The notes beneath the pieces were generated by a model. It worked only from the letters and a program-made list of their open reading frames with translations, ran no database searches and was not told where the DNA came from. Positions 30,301 through 37,428 of a stretch of 64,000 nucleotides of DNA are shown piece by piece. A program made the position numbers and the translations under genes. This DNA is from Candidatus Omnitrophota bacterium. GTDB lineage: Bacteria > Omnitrophota > Gorgyraeia > Zapsychrales > Fredricksoniimonadaceae. The stretch covers positions 2,580 through 66,579 of the forward strand of contig JADFZK010000008.1 of assembly GCA_015232565.1 (NCBI GenBank), read 5' to 3'. The first letter of the stretch is position 1, and each line of letters begins with the position of its first letter.

Positions 30301-30756
30301 ACGGGAAGAGAGAATAAGAAATTTGAAGCAAAAATAAAGGATGAAGTTGTGATTCTGGCAAGATTATTTCGTGAAGTTATTGAAGGTAAACAGCCAGGAT
30401 TATCCAAAAGGGTTCGAGTTATGACTTCTAGCCGGTATTTCTCTCATCTGATTGGCAAATATCATTCAATTGAGATACCTCTTAATGATATAGCATCTGA
30501 ACGACTGTCCACGGAAGATAAGGCGTCGTTAACTGAAAGCAATAATGGAGGTATTGACCTGACCCGTGAAAATATGGTGCAGCAGGTTCAAGGCGGCCAA
30601 GGCGTTCAGTTTAAAATTGATCCGGCCATGATCCAGCAGTTGCAAAACTCTTCCGGTCTGCATCCGGTCATTATTGATTTTAGCCCGATGACAATATCAG
30701 TGCCGGGGTTTTTAGGTTTGAAAGAGAACCCTGACATAGTAAATCCAGTTCGTTAA
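21391..30756 (+). CDS. Giant (about 3,100 aa) secreted/membrane-anchored multidomain protein with ATP-grasp, MTase-like, NMNAT-like and uridine-kinase-like domains
   Basis: Uninterrupted 9,366-nt ORF. The likely start is Met at 21526 (MQWFGF...), downstream of an AT-rich promoter-like stretch, giving signal peptide ...IIASGVLLTFLLSNGIAPVHYAQAQE. Domains by motif: PEP-utilising-type ATP-grasp (YIVRSSSELEDD ... LEIEFGPMELEWSFEDGRLFIYQATP; nt about 22930-24105). SAM-MTase motif I (KTVIDLGSRNALIANAG; about 25100-25520). Nucleotidyltransferase fold (IGVLALTANPLNWAHIMAV; about 27770-28330). PRK/uridine-kinase P-loop (VVTIDGNSASGKSL ... VLIVEGKYAHL ... KVRVLDDEDSVRVRFELRTRKQ; about 28530-29120). Confidence 0.8.
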   Translation: MLRPIESVISAINLYRMRNCGRKAYHSVSFIHITGAISFLIRESFMQWFGFTHCKLPKILQRRIIASGVLLTFLLSNGIAPVHYAQAQEMFQPVAGLVQLGTRVSLSAAFAPPLLKGVKVYPDNPFRLDFILDKGDAGADQAPLVEQGKSGANLRAESTRLIKYFLASITVPEKDLWVNLSPYEKDRIVPDAFGRTEMGRDLLSQDYLLKQITASVIYPEGEVGKAFWAKVYEEARKRFGTTDIPVDTFNKVWIVPEKAVVYESQDSAYVVETRLKVMLEADYLATSTNAMPTRGHDAPPADLNERGFVSPSRLPTSQPMNVKATQVSTPTPIELSNPNEQNDIAKNVLREIVIPILEKEVNEGKNFAQLRQVYNSLILAVWYKDKIKESLFGKAYVDRNKTGGVDIEDKAAKDKIWALYVEAFRKGAYNYIKDELDPVTQETVPRKYFSGGMVLGEIRKAYVHESVVRKSPSDLASLSANRNNNIKVLVNLDATMKNFDHAERSLGSMDQSSGTHEFHQETHNATGMITELMVARRDETEKIKGLMARLINMLWKVDQTERQNIGQTLSVLSKDPFYETILRTIGGGKMVGLLRLIPLEEEFNFKVPEFWVVPSSLYKQETINGRGTDHINYSVNYEALHQFFTDLHLVPGAYIVRSSSELEDDPKWIMRGGYRSGFIVKHDSVQDQKPGVEWRVDDIDGRFFYEMFDAVIRSAGERKILDLSGKPIEQLDRMFVLLQKAPSRRFKFTLASVGGRSYQQQLYAPEVSGVTKHHPYKLDQVVSDYTPGLNTTVRGESRTYIITDTKTGRERFSEDGIISRYARVLEALECPIQSDGAKHISIDLDDFSVPADITRSFNVTNEMIRNEHAKLGGVLARLEIEFGPMELEWSFEDGRLFIYQATPSKRHWELLRLPVEIKQVPAEILVASSKDAFGNKEFTGPLVWVKEALSSSLAGVIAVRFPQGFILVCDRQILSDSTHGNNPDGMTFRRLDTIRGWIDTSGQPVTVGAHYSDDLTRKKIAVVPDKTLDQARLEKLCPLVLINRDLDEGIRFSEGDFRIAVNAVTGEGQVHRVLSSDGSMNVHSDQSLIVRAGLDAAMSKDSGRLKEIAHNRLVNYEPLQEGRNMADKDNANSDMAITAEDFETRLRQILAIKKDGTRSGVVDIGPRRFKYTMSTKYQSPIYFRAGDIFVVNDEDLRGRAGWLNSKRVAALASLLKKYPKVIRLHETMASPTGGWNSYVQGGTSPNYIENTIGVLILMQSIQEDISGKTVIDLGSRNALIANAGFLLGAQKVVLVENDVQNVRLLPGEGKQYGLDGFDSIDLMRLNLLINGNSARELEIFERGLAEVPQADRRGAVLIFNFPDYGYGYQKASATKTYNQYLEQLRKGQGRSFGALGVAVMGSSMKKTARPRSLLRDSLKVFGKSGILIAGGGKGVGRYHDQLISEAKRLGLDLELEIGTDWRKEPDRFLSAGTVIFRPSKSLGKRTLTKSADMVMLQVKLDAAQESRRGQIVTSYGETFDDFFRRAGPFLLAKLLFSDIKQKYRLDELYDPRLWQPKEGELTYRQEYAAMTLDELGLALKALGRKGLKAFLEGNINPFLRSQGSGTELIKMFIDHLASGHRDVPGYYLVHLANTLPYGLPFSYWDPQQSPWKKGDKKDLENGLRGFAIYHEIAERWSKPDRAMAASTDMAAKNKYFDNASPDVLSGIDFEAGNEPKHIGELFRNNGSEDVTDKEEIALLNISSALDTYSGRVKSIMPMPDDMWMASSSDQNKQRVTMAAGQAYFDLVERVAASLTDLNGGRPINIDYPVAGTDSVWGYFTNTHRVNDRGESFEWGHDFWQRFAGDRRLQGKESVADVTKPGVNLFDDGRAGGRVFVFKGMRHLLVKTESYIKQVLAQLAVGDKILILSSMDDALVAGLARQYGYRELIRRDGLYAVTTNKFGILAVGGEVFLMPDTFVLMEKGSEADLSMRTHFDQNASTRTKPDASMNKDSGRQAKQVPDSSASFALLGDSLNQAGETSSTIRTDSGRDYAQLKTNPGSIPELFFEQSFKNDEVRKLWRYVDTEIKKHDPFIEQKSEGTLVKSYSYMNRVLHSIDSKVSNGAVRLVNDLRLLKADGPDLEQKEPLRIGVLALTANPLNWAHIMAVLKYIDDENANGVVLLVQGGMQYKDLPESDRVPEKVRHGLAKRVVGHLEPLIWYTDVGKGNENIGEFNVHELLALNPNRKIELDYLAGTETRERTYGVIWHFVEGVKKFGLRPGHTVALRLVAIGEFGRQVMTNERLQAMLAEVSEEQNYSGVPLKAKVVEYPEELVIHSTDYRRGDRSLVPSEIDHYAQRMGYYGYPPRVLRKGRWVSLSMDEAIKERMMPLVRQLAKHIQSKSGQGMVVTIDGNSASGKSLVGELLRQELRYRGRFAELWGLDTRLKDHAYRHAIQKRVVGESLSANEEALLSAKENEGLRSGQIYTEESAFFDNEDIRSKLSAVHDFFQSGRDRFILRVEDPYDQQTKTVLRSPLEIPLQEGSVLIVEGKYAHLPELQQYSDLKVRVLDDEDSVRVRFELRTRKQSPNDADRQLVFFRWGLTPSFNVYSQATQNSIDAVFDVRPDDADSWRLDIKDFAGNAGKGGPIGNGGVELARNEKGLQARHLAEDLVHRDSLLDGGTDLSKKPGSSDKNLHPVKRQEVVKQIQKAFPFHSKRLAGDREIGLMAIGREDFMFLGQVTNFNNHASLLDGTTYAVKADEVSLPWIKIDLIRDRIGNLRKVVLVAPNLSNPRVQMSENYLRDIWGGKREELPIDNLEPSYVKRLSIQIGMAARLLLEAWGEREAWEVPVEIDFPGFMNAQTLGEVATADLTAENEDNEIHKLYPMSRSKALKYLREIFRGGDSHVIGMCAVDGDNRFLMAFDFPVTNTHHMFLLSDTPYEEDHYAFMNLDLTFKNRSIYSLRIMPPFYRNPREEISPDLRKFKGITNSSHLPTGRENKKFEAKIKDEVVILARLFREVIEGKQPGLSKRVRVMTSSRYFSHLIGKYHSIEIPLNDIASERLSTEDKASLTESNNGGIDLTRENMVQQVQGGQGVQFKIDPAMIQQLQNSSGLHPVIIDFSPMTISVPGFLGLKENPDIVNPVR

Positions 30757-30896
30757 TATTCAGATTGCACAAATATATTCGTTATACCGGGTCACGATTT
30801 ATGGCGGCAGGCTTTAGATGATATTTGACTACCAGGTCGTTGGTGGTAAACTGGAATAAAATCGAATATTTGTAGGTCATAAATTCGGGGGATGAA

Positions 30897-31190
30897 GTGA
30901 GGTATAATTTTGAGTGGGATACTGTTAAGGCGCGGACCAATCAAATAAAACACGGCATTGGTTTTGAGGAGTCTTGCGCAGTGTTCAAGGATCCTCGCGC
31001 GTTGACATTGTTTGATTCCGTACATGACGAGATCGAAGACCGATGGGTTACGATGGGCATGGTCGGGGCGCTTTGTGTTTGTGTGGTACATCATACATTC
31101 AGAGAAACACAGGGAAACGTTGTTATGATACGAATATTCTCTGCCCGTAAGGCGACAAGAAAAGAACAACACCAATATTGGGGGAAATAA
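30897..31190 (+). CDS. brnT: BrnT-family toxin (DUF497 ribonuclease toxin)
   Basis: MRYNFEWDTVKARTNQIKHGIGFEESCAVFKDP matches the BrnT N-terminal signature (FEWD..K...N..KHG..FEEA..VF.DP). 97 aa. Confidence 0.75.
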   Translation: MRYNFEWDTVKARTNQIKHGIGFEESCAVFKDPRALTLFDSVHDEIEDRWVTMGMVGALCVCVVHHTFRETQGNVVMIRIFSARKATRKEQHQYWGK

Positions 31191-31195
31191 ATATC

Positions 31196-31396
31196 ATGAA
31201 AAAAGAATACGATTTCTCAACAGCGCAAAGAGGAAAATTCTTTAACAAGAATGCAGACATGAATTTGCCGGTATATCTGGATCGGGCGTCTTCCTCATTT
31301 GTTGTTAGATTGGCTCGCCAGCGTAAGAAGGATATTTCCTCAGTAGTTAATGATTTGATCAGAGGCGATATTCAATTAGCCCGGGTAATGCAGTAA
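31196..31396 (+). CDS. brnA: BrnA-family antitoxin
   Basis: 66-aa ORF starting 6 nt after the brnT stop (ORF-track start 31178 trimmed to Met 31196). Short basic protein with an RHH-like C-terminal stretch. Positional partner of BrnT. Confidence 0.6.
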   Translation: MKKEYDFSTAQRGKFFNKNADMNLPVYLDRASSSFVVRLARQRKKDISSVVNDLIRGDIQLARVMQ

Positions 31397-31500
31397 AACA
31401 AGAGTTGGTGTGTATCACGCACTATCTCACACCATCCCGGATGGACGCCAGGAATGGATCAGGTAGCGTTCGCTAGGCTAAGATGTATTATTCTGAACAG

Positions 31501-31535
31501 AGAAACCGCGGAAAATAGTCTGCGGTTTTTCTTTT
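31501..31535 (+). terminator. Rho-independent terminator after brnA
   Basis: GAAACCGCGG-aaaatagtct-GCGGTTTTTCTTTT, a GC-rich stem followed by a T-run. Confidence 0.6.
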
Positions 31536-31632
31536 GGATGCGCTGGCGGGCGTTTTGTGGTACATTTCATCGGTAGAAACATCCAGGTGATCATCTATTT
31601 GTGGTGTTTGGGGTTATTGCTAACGGTCAAAT

Positions 31633-32337
31633 TTGGGGTTGAAGGATTTTATGGTCTTGGATAAAACGGAAGTCTTAGCTTCTTTGGTGGGCACTTGTGA
31701 TTTTTTGTCAGTAGCCTCGATAATTGAAAGCGGCGCTTTTATGTACTGCGGCCTGGCCAAGGACTTGTTTGTTCCTGTTGGCGAACAGCTCAAGCTTATG
31801 AAGCCGGGGGAACGGCACATTGTTTATGTTTATCGCGACGAGAAGACCGGGCGCATTGCGGGTTCGTCCCGTTTGAACAAGTATTTATACGATGATGCGC
31901 CCGAGGGCATGAAAGAAGGTGACGCGGCCGACCTGCTTATTTACACCCGTACCGATATGGGGTACAAAGCGGCCATTAATGGCGATTGCTGGGGACTGCT
32001 TTACACTAATGAGTTGTTCCAGGAATTAACCATTGGACAGAAATTGACTGGATACATTAAGCGGATCCGTCCGGATGGACGCATCGACCTTTCATTACAA
32101 AAGCCTGGTTATGAGAGCGTGCCCGATCTGGCGGAACAGATCCTGAGTCATTTGCGGAGTTCGGGCGGCCGTTGTCATTTGAACGATAAAACCCCTCCGC
32201 AGGAGATCCATCGTCTTTTTGGCGTCAGCAAGAAGAAATTCAAGATGGCGGTGGGCAATCTTTACAAACAACGGCTGGTGGCTATTACAGAAGGCGGCAT
32301 TGATCTACTGCCCGATTTGGAAAGCAGGAAGAAATGA
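31633..32337 (+). CDS. CvfB/YitL-family S1-like RNA-binding protein (short form)
   Basis: C-terminal winged-helix-like region (FGVSKKKFKMAVGNLYKQRLV) and S1-like segment (GYIKRIRPDGRIDLSLQ) resemble CvfB. 234 aa. Confidence 0.5.
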   Translation: MGLKDFMVLDKTEVLASLVGTCDFLSVASIIESGAFMYCGLAKDLFVPVGEQLKLMKPGERHIVYVYRDEKTGRIAGSSRLNKYLYDDAPEGMKEGDAADLLIYTRTDMGYKAAINGDCWGLLYTNELFQELTIGQKLTGYIKRIRPDGRIDLSLQKPGYESVPDLAEQILSHLRSSGGRCHLNDKTPPQEIHRLFGVSKKKFKMAVGNLYKQRLVAITEGGIDLLPDLESRKK

Positions 32338-32564
32338 TCACCAATAACGACATAATGAAAAAGTTGCGGGTGGCTTTGCATTTGCGGGACACTGATATTG
32401 TAGATATCTTGAAGCTGGCCGAGTTTGAGATCTCGCCAACCGAGCTTTCAGCCATATTCCGCCGGGAGGAACATCCGAATTATATGCCATGCGGCGACCA
32501 GTTATTGCGGCGTTTCCTGGATGGCCTGATAATTCGAAATCGCGGGGCACGGGCTCCGGCTTGA
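32334..32564 (+). CDS. DUF1456 (YehS-like) family protein
   Basis: MITNNDIMKKLRVALHLRDTDIVDILKLAEFEISPTELSAIFRREEH..PCGDQLLRRFLDGLII matches the DUF1456 repeat consensus. Single repeat, 76 aa. Confidence 0.6.
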   Translation: MITNNDIMKKLRVALHLRDTDIVDILKLAEFEISPTELSAIFRREEHPNYMPCGDQLLRRFLDGLIIRNRGARAPA

Positions 32565-32729
32565 TATACAGCTTGCGGTGTACGGGAGGTCAATTTCCTG
32601 CAGTTTTCCCTTTTATAATGCCCCGTGATTTAGTAGACTTAACCAATGATCAGGTTGGGGAGATCCTGATCTTCGGGTCTTTCCGTTGTTTAAATTGTGC
32701 GTAATCTTGCATTACCGGAGGGTTTTACA

Positions 32730-32888
32730 ATGTCGATCTTCTGGGATCCTCGCGGGCGTAAACCACAAGCCTGGGTTTATCCTTTTTTTATTGTCCTTAC
32801 TATTGTGCTCTTTATGGCGATCTATAATTATGGCAATTCACGCGCCGGCAATAGTGATGCCCCGGATGCTGTTGAGGGCGCCAAGTGA
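32730..32888 (+). CDS. Possible small (52 aa) single-TM protein immediately upstream of purU
   Basis: ATG at 32730 preceded by GGAGGG at -10. Hydrophobic core VYPFFIVLTIVLFMAIY. Stop overlaps the purU GTG start. Unsupported by homology. Confidence 0.3.
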   Translation: MSIFWDPRGRKPQAWVYPFFIVLTIVLFMAIYNYGNSRAGNSDAPDAVEGAK

Positions 32889-33739
32889 TCCGCGCTATCC
32901 TGCTCGTTTCCTGTCCTGATCAGAAAGGCATTACCGCGGCGGTTACTGATTTTGTGTTCCGTCATGGCGGTAATATTCTGCATGCCGCCCAGCACACCGA
33001 TGCCCAGGCCGGCGTGTTTTTTATGCGCATTGAATGGGATATGGATGGCTTTAGCGTGCCGCGGAACGAGGTATGGGCGGCTTTGCGGCCTTTGGCGGAA
33101 CGTTTCCGGATGGACTGGCAGCTGCATTTTTCCGATGAGAAGACCCGCCTGGCGATCTTTGTTTCCCGGCATATGCATTGCCTTTTCGATCTGATGTCCC
33201 GTTACCAGGCCGGACAGCTTCCCAACTGCGAGATAAAGTTGATAGTAAGCAACCATCTGGATGCCGAAAGCCTGGCCCGGCAATGGGGTATCGGGTTCCT
33301 GCATACTCCTGTTACTGTCGAGTGTAAAGCTCAGGCGGAAACCGCCCAATTGGCGGCTTTAAAAGCGCAGGGAGTCGACCTGCTGGTGCTGGCGCGTTAT
33401 CATCAGATCCTTTCCGAAAGTTTTATTGAACATTTCCAGGATCGCATAATTAACATACATCATTCTTTCCTGCCGGCTTTTGCGGGAAGCAGTCCTTATG
33501 CCCAGGCATATGAAAAAGGGGTCAAGATCATCGGGGCTACCAGTCATTATGTGATCGCGGCTTTGGATCAGGGGCCCATTATTGAGCAGGATACGGTACG
33601 GATAGATCATCGTCATTCTATTTCCGACCTGGTGGAGGAAGGGCAGGATCTCGAGCGGCGGGTTTTGTATCGGGCCGTTCGCTGGCATTTGGAACACAAG
33701 ATTTTGTGCTATGGGAATAAAACCGTTATCTTTGAGTGA
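32885..33739 (+). CDS. purU: Formyltetrahydrofolate deformylase
   Basis: N-terminal ACT domain (AILLVSCPDQKGITAAVTDFV). Formyl-transferase core (IINIHHSFLPAF ... ATSHYV..LDQGPII). Confidence 0.85.
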   Translation: MIRAILLVSCPDQKGITAAVTDFVFRHGGNILHAAQHTDAQAGVFFMRIEWDMDGFSVPRNEVWAALRPLAERFRMDWQLHFSDEKTRLAIFVSRHMHCLFDLMSRYQAGQLPNCEIKLIVSNHLDAESLARQWGIGFLHTPVTVECKAQAETAQLAALKAQGVDLLVLARYHQILSESFIEHFQDRIINIHHSFLPAFAGSSPYAQAYEKGVKIIGATSHYVIAALDQGPIIEQDTVRIDHRHSISDLVEEGQDLERRVLYRAVRWHLEHKILCYGNKTVIFE

Positions 33740-33743
33740 GTTT

Positions 33744-35210
33744 ATGAAAAAAATGCAGATGCGCTCGTTTAACAATTCTTCTGTGGTGGTCAAGTTTCAG
33801 GTCTTTTTTATTGTCCTGGCCCTTTTGCCGCTGGCAATCCTGATGTACTTGTATTACGAGTTGAAGGTGGAAGGACGGGTCAGCCTTTCGGTGGAGGATC
33901 TTAACACGGTATTGATTTTTGTGGTGGTGGGGATATTCGCCGGTTATATGGCGATGCGTTCCTTGTTGTCCAATCTGGTGGATGTTACCAAAACCAGTAC
34001 CGGTAAATTACGCGAGATCATGGGTATGGAAAGGATCCAGGATCTTTTGAAAGGTGACGAGAACGAGATCGCAATTCTGACCCGGACTTTTCGGGAAGTC
34101 ACCTCCCGTCTGGAGGACAATGTCACCAGCTTGCAGGCCGCTAAAAAAACCCTTCAATCGGTGCTGACCAGGGTGGGGCACGGTATTGCCAATATCCGCA
34201 GTATCGATTCTTTCCTGGATCTGATCGTTGAAACTATCACCGAGGCCTTGTCTGGTAAACAGGGTTTTCTGCTCTTGGTCGACAATGAAAAGAAAGTTTT
34301 GACCGTAAAAACGGTTTTCGGCGCATCGCTTGGATCTTTTGATAACAAGTGTTTTTCCCTGGAAACCAGCCCTTTCTCACCGGCTATCCGGGCGCGCACG
34401 GCTTTTATTATCCCCAAGGTCCAGTATCTTTCTTCTGATGAAAACCGGGCTACGGAAGGCCTGGAGTTTCCGGTGATCTGTGCGCCGCTGCTTTGTCACA
34501 ACGAGGTTATTGGTGTATTGGCGGTCTCGGGGCGCAAGGTTGAGGCTCCGTTTCAGGAAGAGGAAATGGTCCTTTTGCTTAATCTGGCAATGCAGACTGC
34601 GGTGGCCATTGAGAATTCCAAGCTTAGTGCGGATGTCGGCCGGACGTATTTTGAAACATTGTCCGCCCTGGCCATGGCGGTGGAGGCCAAGGATGATTAT
34701 TCGCGCGGCCATCTGGACCGGGTGGGCCAGTATTCGGTTTCGATCGCCCAGTATATCGGCCTGCCAATAGCCGAAGTGGGGAATTTACGTGACGCGGCCC
34801 GGATCCATGATGTTGGCAAGATCGGCATTCTGGACGGCGTGCTGACCAAACCGACAACTTTAAACGACGAAGAATGGGTGATAATGAAGCGGCATCCCGA
34901 GATAGGTGAAGGGATAATCCGGCCTATTTCATCGCTACAGCCTTTGTGTGATATGGTGCGCCATCATCATGAGAAGCTGGATGGTTCGGGTTATCCGGAT
35001 GGCTTGAAAGGCGACCAGATACCTTTATTGGTGCGTATTTTGGCGGTGGCAGATATTTTTGATGCTTTGACTTCCGATCGTCCGTATCGTAAGGCTATGC
35101 CGCAGATTGAGGCTATCGCGACCTTACGCTCCCTGGCAGGCAAGATCGACCAGGAAGTGGTTGATGTGTTGGAAAAGATCATTTTCCCTGCGGCTCCGCG
35201 TTTATCCTGA
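33744..35210 (+). CDS. Membrane-anchored GAF + HD-GYP domain phosphodiesterase (c-di-GMP signalling)
   Basis: TM helix, HAMP-like linker, GAF region, HD motif (RIHDVGKIGI) and HHEKLDGSGYP (GYP motif). Confidence 0.8.
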   Translation: MKKMQMRSFNNSSVVVKFQVFFIVLALLPLAILMYLYYELKVEGRVSLSVEDLNTVLIFVVVGIFAGYMAMRSLLSNLVDVTKTSTGKLREIMGMERIQDLLKGDENEIAILTRTFREVTSRLEDNVTSLQAAKKTLQSVLTRVGHGIANIRSIDSFLDLIVETITEALSGKQGFLLLVDNEKKVLTVKTVFGASLGSFDNKCFSLETSPFSPAIRARTAFIIPKVQYLSSDENRATEGLEFPVICAPLLCHNEVIGVLAVSGRKVEAPFQEEEMVLLLNLAMQTAVAIENSKLSADVGRTYFETLSALAMAVEAKDDYSRGHLDRVGQYSVSIAQYIGLPIAEVGNLRDAARIHDVGKIGILDGVLTKPTTLNDEEWVIMKRHPEIGEGIIRPISSLQPLCDMVRHHHEKLDGSGYPDGLKGDQIPLLVRILAVADIFDALTSDRPYRKAMPQIEAIATLRSLAGKIDQEVVDVLEKIIFPAAPRLS

Positions 35211-35282
35211 TCCAGGCTTATCGGTTATGCAAATATTCAGAAAATCATTGCAAAGATTTTGTTTTTGTGGAAAGTATGTAGC

Positions 35283-37283
35283 ATGTCAAAAGCGCTTGTT
35301 ATCGTAGAATCACCTGCCAAAGTCAAGACCATCAACAAAATCCTCGGTAGCCGTTATAAGGTTACTTCCTCGATGGGCCATCTCATAGACCTGCCCAAAT
35401 CCATGCTGGGGGTAGATGTTGATAATAATTTTGAACCCAAGCTGATAGTGGTGCGCGCCAAGCAGAAGGTTCTGGGCAAGCTCAAGAAAGAAGCCGAGGG
35501 CAAGACCGAGATCTATTTCGCCACCGATCCTGACCGGGAAGGCGAAGCCATCGGCTGGAATCTGGTGCCCTATCTGGCCACCGGCGGCAAGAAAGTTTTT
35601 CGCGTGGTATTCCATGAGATCACCAAGGAAGCCGTCCTGAAAGCTTTTGAGAACAAGCACGATTTTAACCAGAACAAAATTAATGCGCAAAATGGCCGCC
35701 GGATACTCGATCGGATCGTGGGTTATTCTATCAGCCCCATCCTTTGGAAGAAGGTGGGCAGTCGGTTGAGCGCCGGGCGTGTGCAGTCGGTCGCTTTGCG
35801 CCTGATAGTTGATCGTGAACGCGAGATCCAGAAATTCCAGCCGGTCGAATATTGGCAGATCGGGGTTTTGTTAAAAAAAGATGGCGTGGCCCAGCTTTTG
35901 GAAGCCCAGCTGGAAAAAGTGAACGGTGCCAAGCCGGAACTCAAAACTGCATTGGAATCAAAGTCTATCGCGGATGAACTTAAAGCCAAGTTGTTCCGGG
36001 TGAGCGCGGTAAATATCCGGGAAGTCAAACGTAACGCTTTGCCGCCGTTCATTACCAGTACCCTTCAGCAGGAAGCTTTTTCCAAGCTGGGGTTCAATGC
36101 CCAGCGCACCATGATGGTGGCGCAGGAGCTTTACGAAGGCGTGGAGATCGGTGACGAGGACGCGGTGGGTCTGATAACCTATATGCGTACCGATTCAGTG
36201 AATATCGCAAATGAAGCGCTGGACAAAGCGCGCAAGTACATTGCCAAACATTACGGCGAAGATCACCTGCCGGCGGTACCGAACAAGTTTAAATCCCGCA
36301 AGTCTGCCCAGGAGGCCCACGAAGCTATCCGTCCGTCCGAGGTGGCGCGTACTCCGGCTTCCATACGGCAATTCTTATCCGAGGATCAGGCCAAGCTGTA
36401 TGATCTTATCTGGAAAAGGTTCCTGAGCTGTCAAATGGCTCCGGCTTTGTTTGAGACCCGGAAGGTGGAGATCACTGCTGGCCAGTATCAATTCGGCGCG
36501 GCCGGTTCTACCCTGATATTCGCCGGGTGCCTGGCGCTTTATAAAACGGCGGAAGATGAGGAAAAGAAGCAGGACCTGTCTTTCTACGATGAAGGCGATA
36601 TTTTGCAAATGACCGAGGTCAAGCCTACCCAGCATTTTACCAAGCCGCCGCCGCGCTTCTCGGAAGCTTCGCTGGTAAAGGCTATGGAAGAGGATGGTAT
36701 TGGCCGTCCCAGCACGTATGCGTCTATTATTCAGACCATTGTTTTGCGTAATTATGTAACCCGTGACCGCGGCTATATTACTCCGACCGAGTTGGGTTTT
36801 ATTATTTGCGATCTTTTAGTGGCCAGTTTCCCCAAGGTGCTGGACATTGGGTTCACCGCTAAAATGGAAGAAAGCCTCGACCTGGTGGAAGAAGGCGAGT
36901 TGGATTATGTGAAACTTTTAAAGGATTTTTACGGTCCTTTCAAGGAAGAGCTGGACCGGGCCAGCGCCTCGATCGAGAAAACCAATGTGTCGTTCGGCAA
37001 ACCCTGCCCCAAGTGCCATGACAATACGATGATCGTTAAATGGGGTCGTAACGGCCGTTTTCTAAGTTGTGCTAATTTCCCGGGTTGTAAACATGCCGAG
37101 CCGTATCCCATGGGTATCAAGTGCCCTGTTGACGGGTGCCAGGGAGAGCTGGTCGAACGGCGTAATCACCGTGGCGGTGTGTTCTACGGTTGTAACAAAT
37201 ACCCGGAATGCAAGCATATCTCCAATAAACTTCCGGCCAAGCTTTCGGAACAGCCAGTCGCAGTCCCTCAAGAGCTCGCCTGA
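35283..37283 (+). CDS. topA: DNA topoisomerase I (compact type IA, with C-terminal C4 zinc ribbons)
   Basis: Toprim start MSKALVIVESPAKVKTINKILG. Active-site region. C-terminal CPKCHD..C..FPGC and CPVDGC...C zinc ribbons. Confidence 0.85.
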   Translation: MSKALVIVESPAKVKTINKILGSRYKVTSSMGHLIDLPKSMLGVDVDNNFEPKLIVVRAKQKVLGKLKKEAEGKTEIYFATDPDREGEAIGWNLVPYLATGGKKVFRVVFHEITKEAVLKAFENKHDFNQNKINAQNGRRILDRIVGYSISPILWKKVGSRLSAGRVQSVALRLIVDREREIQKFQPVEYWQIGVLLKKDGVAQLLEAQLEKVNGAKPELKTALESKSIADELKAKLFRVSAVNIREVKRNALPPFITSTLQQEAFSKLGFNAQRTMMVAQELYEGVEIGDEDAVGLITYMRTDSVNIANEALDKARKYIAKHYGEDHLPAVPNKFKSRKSAQEAHEAIRPSEVARTPASIRQFLSEDQAKLYDLIWKRFLSCQMAPALFETRKVEITAGQYQFGAAGSTLIFAGCLALYKTAEDEEKKQDLSFYDEGDILQMTEVKPTQHFTKPPPRFSEASLVKAMEEDGIGRPSTYASIIQTIVLRNYVTRDRGYITPTELGFIICDLLVASFPKVLDIGFTAKMEESLDLVEEGELDYVKLLKDFYGPFKEELDRASASIEKTNVSFGKPCPKCHDNTMIVKWGRNGRFLSCANFPGCKHAEPYPMGIKCPVDGCQGELVERRNHRGGVFYGCNKYPECKHISNKLPAKLSEQPVAVPQELA

Positions 37284-37428
37284 GGGGCAATAATTTCCCC
37301 ACTTTTCGCTTCATTAACGCCTGCGTTAGTTATATCATACAAAGACTATATTAATTGTTAAACGCTTCAGTGGTCTTGGTTAAGAATCAATTCCAAGACA
37401 CTATGGTACTCAGGGCAAGACAGGGGAT

